Virus record (IMG/VR): IMGVR_UViG_3300022918_000011
Span: 1 to 64,000 of that record
Source: a virus
Length of the DNA stretch: 64,000 nt
Reading direction: 5' to 3' (one strand)
The translations under genes were made by a program, and so were the position numbers. The stretch's first letter is position 1. Every line of letters begins with the position of its first letter. Shown here in pieces: positions 61,094 through 64,000 of the stretch. The notes under the pieces were generated by a model, which was not told the origin of the DNA, ran no database searches, and was given only the letters and a program-made list of their open reading frames with translations.

Positions 61094-61795
61094 TTAGACC
61101 TCCCAGTCCGTGCCGTTGAAGATGAATGTGATGTTGGCGTCAAGGTTGTAGCTGACCGAGGTGTCGCTTTTCTTCGGACCCTTGATCAGCGCGCCATCTG
61201 TGGTCTGGATGATCGGTGTGACCAGCAGCGACTTGGAGAACTCAACCGTGGCACCGACGGCCAAGCCCGCCTTCAGTGGCAGCGATACCGTGGTCACCGT
61301 GGTACCCAGCCAGTACGAATGCCCGACGATAGCTCTGAACGCGCCCGTCTGGGTTGCGTCCATTGTGACGATGGTTCCCCACTCGACGGCAGTACCGGCA
61401 GCGTTCACCACCAGAGGGCGGCCCGCCTTACCTACCAGGCTAGGCAGTCCAGCAGCGCTACCGATGGCGGCTGCCACTGCTTCAGCTGCCTCCTTGTACG
61501 CTTTGGCAGCGTCCCGGTAGCCCTGCGTGGTCGTCACGGCCTGCGCGGCTGCGTCTGCCGATGCCAACGCTGCCGTTGCTGCCTGGCCTGCGGTCAGCGC
61601 GTACGCAGCGCACACAGCGATCGCTGCAATGATCCAGGTCACCGCCTGGTTGATCTGCACGCCCAACGGCGGCAGCGCTGCGAGGAACGGGTCAGCCAAC
61701 AGGTTGAACGCTGTCTTGCCGTCTTTACGCTGGGGTGCTGGCGGTACTACCGACACCACCGGCGTTGTGGGAAGCACTGGGATCGTAACCGCCAT
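61094..61795 (-). CDS. tail fibre anchor/adaptor protein
   Basis: Ala-rich coiled coil, then T..LP...G..V.F...FIFNGTDW docking-type domain. Confidence 0.65.
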   Translation of the reverse strand: MAVTIPVLPTTPVVSVVPPAPQRKDGKTAFNLLADPFLAALPPLGVQINQAVTWIIAAIAVCAAYALTAGQAATAALASADAAAQAVTTTQGYRDAAKAYKEAAEAVAAAIGSAAGLPSLVGKAGRPLVVNAAGTAVEWGTIVTMDATQTGAFRAIVGHSYWLGTTVTTVSLPLKAGLAVGATVEFSKSLLVTPIIQTTDGALIKGPKKSDTSVSYNLDANITFIFNGTDWEV

Positions 61796-61796
61796 A

Positions 61797-62711
61797 TCAA
61801 ACCACTCCTTCAATTCTGAGGTTATATGACGACTCAATAGGTCCGTCGATAGTTACCGTGAAGTCCTTATAGTAACCGTAAATGATTGTGGATTCGTAGC
61901 CATCATAGCCAATCCACACGCATGTGATCGCACGCAGCTTGGCGAGCTTCTTCTGGACCCGGCTGATGTCAGCTGTATCCAGGTCACAATCGAAGTCACC
62001 GAACTTGGAGAACCCTCGCTCTACCATGCTGGTGACGCCGAACTCGTCGGTGTCCTTCTTGGTGTAATCGAGGATGCCGATGGAAGACCCGTAGCACGCG
62101 ACGCCGATGTCCTCGATGTCACCAAGCGAGACAGAGCCGACCTCAGCGTTCGCCCCAACCCCAGCCGTTACCACGATCCGGATGTTCGCGCCCGGGTACG
62201 GAGGCAGGTTGCTGATGATGAAGTCGGACTTGTTCGCGAACGGCGCGAAGAAGTAGCTGTACCAGTCGAAGACCTCATCGTTGGGGTCAGACATGGTCTC
62301 GATGTGTGTGTAGACGATGCCGTCCGTGGGGTCTTCTACTGTGACCTTCACAGTGGTGGCAGCCACGTTGAACATGGCCACCGACGTCACCGCGGTGCCT
62401 GGCGTCAACAGGACTTCAATCGAGGTTGGGTTCGACGTGATGGTCTGCACCATGTCGTCGAACATCCGCCACCGGTTAGTTGCCCCGATAAGCAGCCACT
62501 TGGTTGCCGCCGACACGCCCGTCTCCGGGTTCACGTCGGTGGTCGCCGTCATGGCCAGCATCGCCTTGTAGACCTTGTGGTTGTAGATCACCTGGTCGCC
62601 GATGGCGCGGATGGCCGGCACCGTCCACACAGGGAAGTCGGTTTCAGCCACGTTGCTGGAGACGAGCATCCCGTAGGTATACTCGACTGGTTCAATAACC
62701 TGCATTGCCAT
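61797..62711 (-). CDS. virion tail structural protein
   Basis: GATNRWRMFD, GILDY.KK.TD.FG; directly after tape measure. Confidence 0.75.
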   Translation of the reverse strand: MAMQVIEPVEYTYGMLVSSNVAETDFPVWTVPAIRAIGDQVIYNHKVYKAMLAMTATTDVNPETGVSAATKWLLIGATNRWRMFDDMVQTITSNPTSIEVLLTPGTAVTSVAMFNVAATTVKVTVEDPTDGIVYTHIETMSDPNDEVFDWYSYFFAPFANKSDFIISNLPPYPGANIRIVVTAGVGANAEVGSVSLGDIEDIGVACYGSSIGILDYTKKDTDEFGVTSMVERGFSKFGDFDCDLDTADISRVQKKLAKLRAITCVWIGYDGYESTIIYGYYKDFTVTIDGPIESSYNLRIEGVV

Positions 62712-64000
62712 TATAACGATTCCTCTGGAATGCCGGTCTGATCCCACCGTGGCAGGGTGTCAGTGTTGGTCGCGGTACGCGAAGTCCATTTGGCGATAGA
62801 TTTCAGAGCTTGTTTGATCTCCGCGATGTCACCTTCCATCGTGTCGACTCGGCCGCTACCGCTGCCCCCGCCGGAGATAGAAGCCCGCACGCCCAGCACA
62901 CCGCCGATGTTGGTCAGCGGCATGATCGCTTCCGGACCAGACTCGGCCATCAGCGATTCGTCGAAGTGCGTAGGAGTGCGGACTACACCGCTGCCCATGA
63001 ACGCGCCACCGGTTGCGTACTTCTTGCCGCCGGCTTCCACACTGCCAGCGATGGCAGCTGCCACCTGGGCTGCGCTCATGGCACCCGAAGCGATCTGGCC
63101 AGTCCAGAAGGCCAAGCCCGCAGCATCTGCACCTCGGCCGAGCGACGCCTGGTAGGCAGCCTCCACCGAGCTGTTCAGGTAGTTGGAGCCTGCCGAGCCG
63201 TCGGTGCCGCCGTTACCACTTGCCGAGCCGGCGATTGCACCGGGTAGCTTGTCGTAAGCCAGCCCGTTGTTCAGGGCGTCTGTCCACGCTGCCTGGCCTG
63301 CCGCGTCTGCGTCCCGGCCGAGCACCGCTTGATAGACGCTGTTCACCAGTGTGGCGTTGTTCAGTGAAGTGTTGGCAGCCGCCGAGTTCGAAGATGCCAG
63401 GATCGCCGCGACGACCGCTTGGTTCATGCGGTCAACAGCGTCCTTGACCGTCAGGACCGTGGTGTCCACGCCGTTCAGCGCGTCCATCTGGGCCTGCGCG
63501 TAATCGATCTGCGCGTCGAAGGCTTTCATCTGCAGGTCGTAGGTGTCTTCAGCTGCTTTGAGCTGATCCTTCAACGACTGCAGGGTCTTCTCGGCGGTGG
63601 TCAGCTGCGCGCCGTTGGTAAGGCTAAGCTCCTCGACGACGTTTGCTGTGGTGCCTTGGGCAAACAGGAAGTCGACCAGCGAGCTATACGTGTCAGTGGT
63701 GTTGGCAGCGACCGCGTCGAGAGCGTCTTCCAGACCTTTGAAGTCTGCCAGGCTGCCGCCGGAGCGAGATGTCTTCAGCGCAGACTGCAGAACATCCTGC
63801 GCCTGGCCATAAGTGACCCGCCCGGTGACGTCCATCGAGTTGCGCAGCGTCTTCAGCGCGTTGGCCAGTGAGTTCGAGACGCTGGTCAAGTCAGAGATCG
63901 AGGTGCCGATCGTGTCGACCATGTCGTTAACCGACGTGGTCATCGCGGTGTAGGCTTCGGTCACCGAGTTGCGCTGTGCTTCAACCGCGCGGCCAACAGC
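62711..64000 (-). CDS. tail tape measure protein, C-terminal part
   Basis: Ala/Ser/Thr-rich coiled coil, YATGG...MAESGPEAIMPL, two Y...LGR.ADAAG...W (DUF4214-like) repeats; open to the edge. Confidence 0.85.
   Translation of the reverse strand, partial: AVGRAVEAQRNSVTEAYTAMTTSVNDMVDTIGTSISDLTSVSNSLANALKTLRNSMDVTGRVTYGQAQDVLQSALKTSRSGGSLADFKGLEDALDAVAANTTDTYSSLVDFLFAQGTTANVVEELSLTNGAQLTTAEKTLQSLKDQLKAAEDTYDLQMKAFDAQIDYAQAQMDALNGVDTTVLTVKDAVDRMNQAVVAAILASSNSAAANTSLNNATLVNSVYQAVLGRDADAAGQAAWTDALNNGLAYDKLPGAIAGSASGNGGTDGSAGSNYLNSSVEAAYQASLGRGADAAGLAFWTGQIASGAMSAAQVAAAIAGSVEAGGKKYATGGAFMGSGVVRTPTHFDESLMAESGPEAIMPLTNIGGVLGVRASISGGGSGSGRVDTMEGDIAEIKQALKSIAKWTSRTATNTDTLPRWDQTGIPEESL

Noticed and set aside
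1-64000. tRNA genes, integrase, repressor, partition genes
   Set aside because: No cloverleaf with a T-loop in intergenic gaps and no recombinase or ParA motifs found by eye; tRNAscan-SE and the rest of the genome are needed to exclude them.

Overview
This window is most of a tailed dsDNA bacteriophage genome, siphovirus-like because a tape-measure gene lies at the right edge. GC-rich codon usage and the lysis and tail genes suggest a Gammaproteobacterial, probably Pseudomonas-like, host; this is inference and no search was run. Layout: (i) 1-472, tiny minus-strand membrane genes; (ii) about 520-4760, a divergence/control region with a sigma70 promoter, a long structured leader carrying boxA, a few early genes, two Shine-Dalgarno (SD)-led minigenes between terminators, and a C-rich tract; (iii) 4763-32621, about 60 mostly hypothetical plus-strand early genes, including a pBBR1-type plasmid Rep homologue behind a palindrome array, a TAXI-type solute-binding protein and a C5 methyltransferase; (iv) 32700-54282, replication and nucleotide metabolism (Dda-like helicase, AEP primase-helicase, SNF2 helicase, SSB-like protein, MazG, ThyX, full-length PolA, exonucleases, dNMP kinase, resolvase, ligase, SbcCD); (v) 55789-64000, minus-strand late genes (tape measure, tail proteins, two paralogous beta-propeller receptor-binding proteins, GH19 endolysin, spanins, holins). 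The most unusual signals are: three separate miniature, catalytically incomplete copies of conserved enzyme motifs (PolA, SF1 helicase, P-loop/terminase-like), which may be immune decoys; the plasmid Rep/iteron-like module and a related family of TCYRGA-centred palindromes; and the start-stop minigene cassette. All family assignments come from motif recognition by eye. No tRNA, CRISPR array, integrase or reverse transcriptase was seen.
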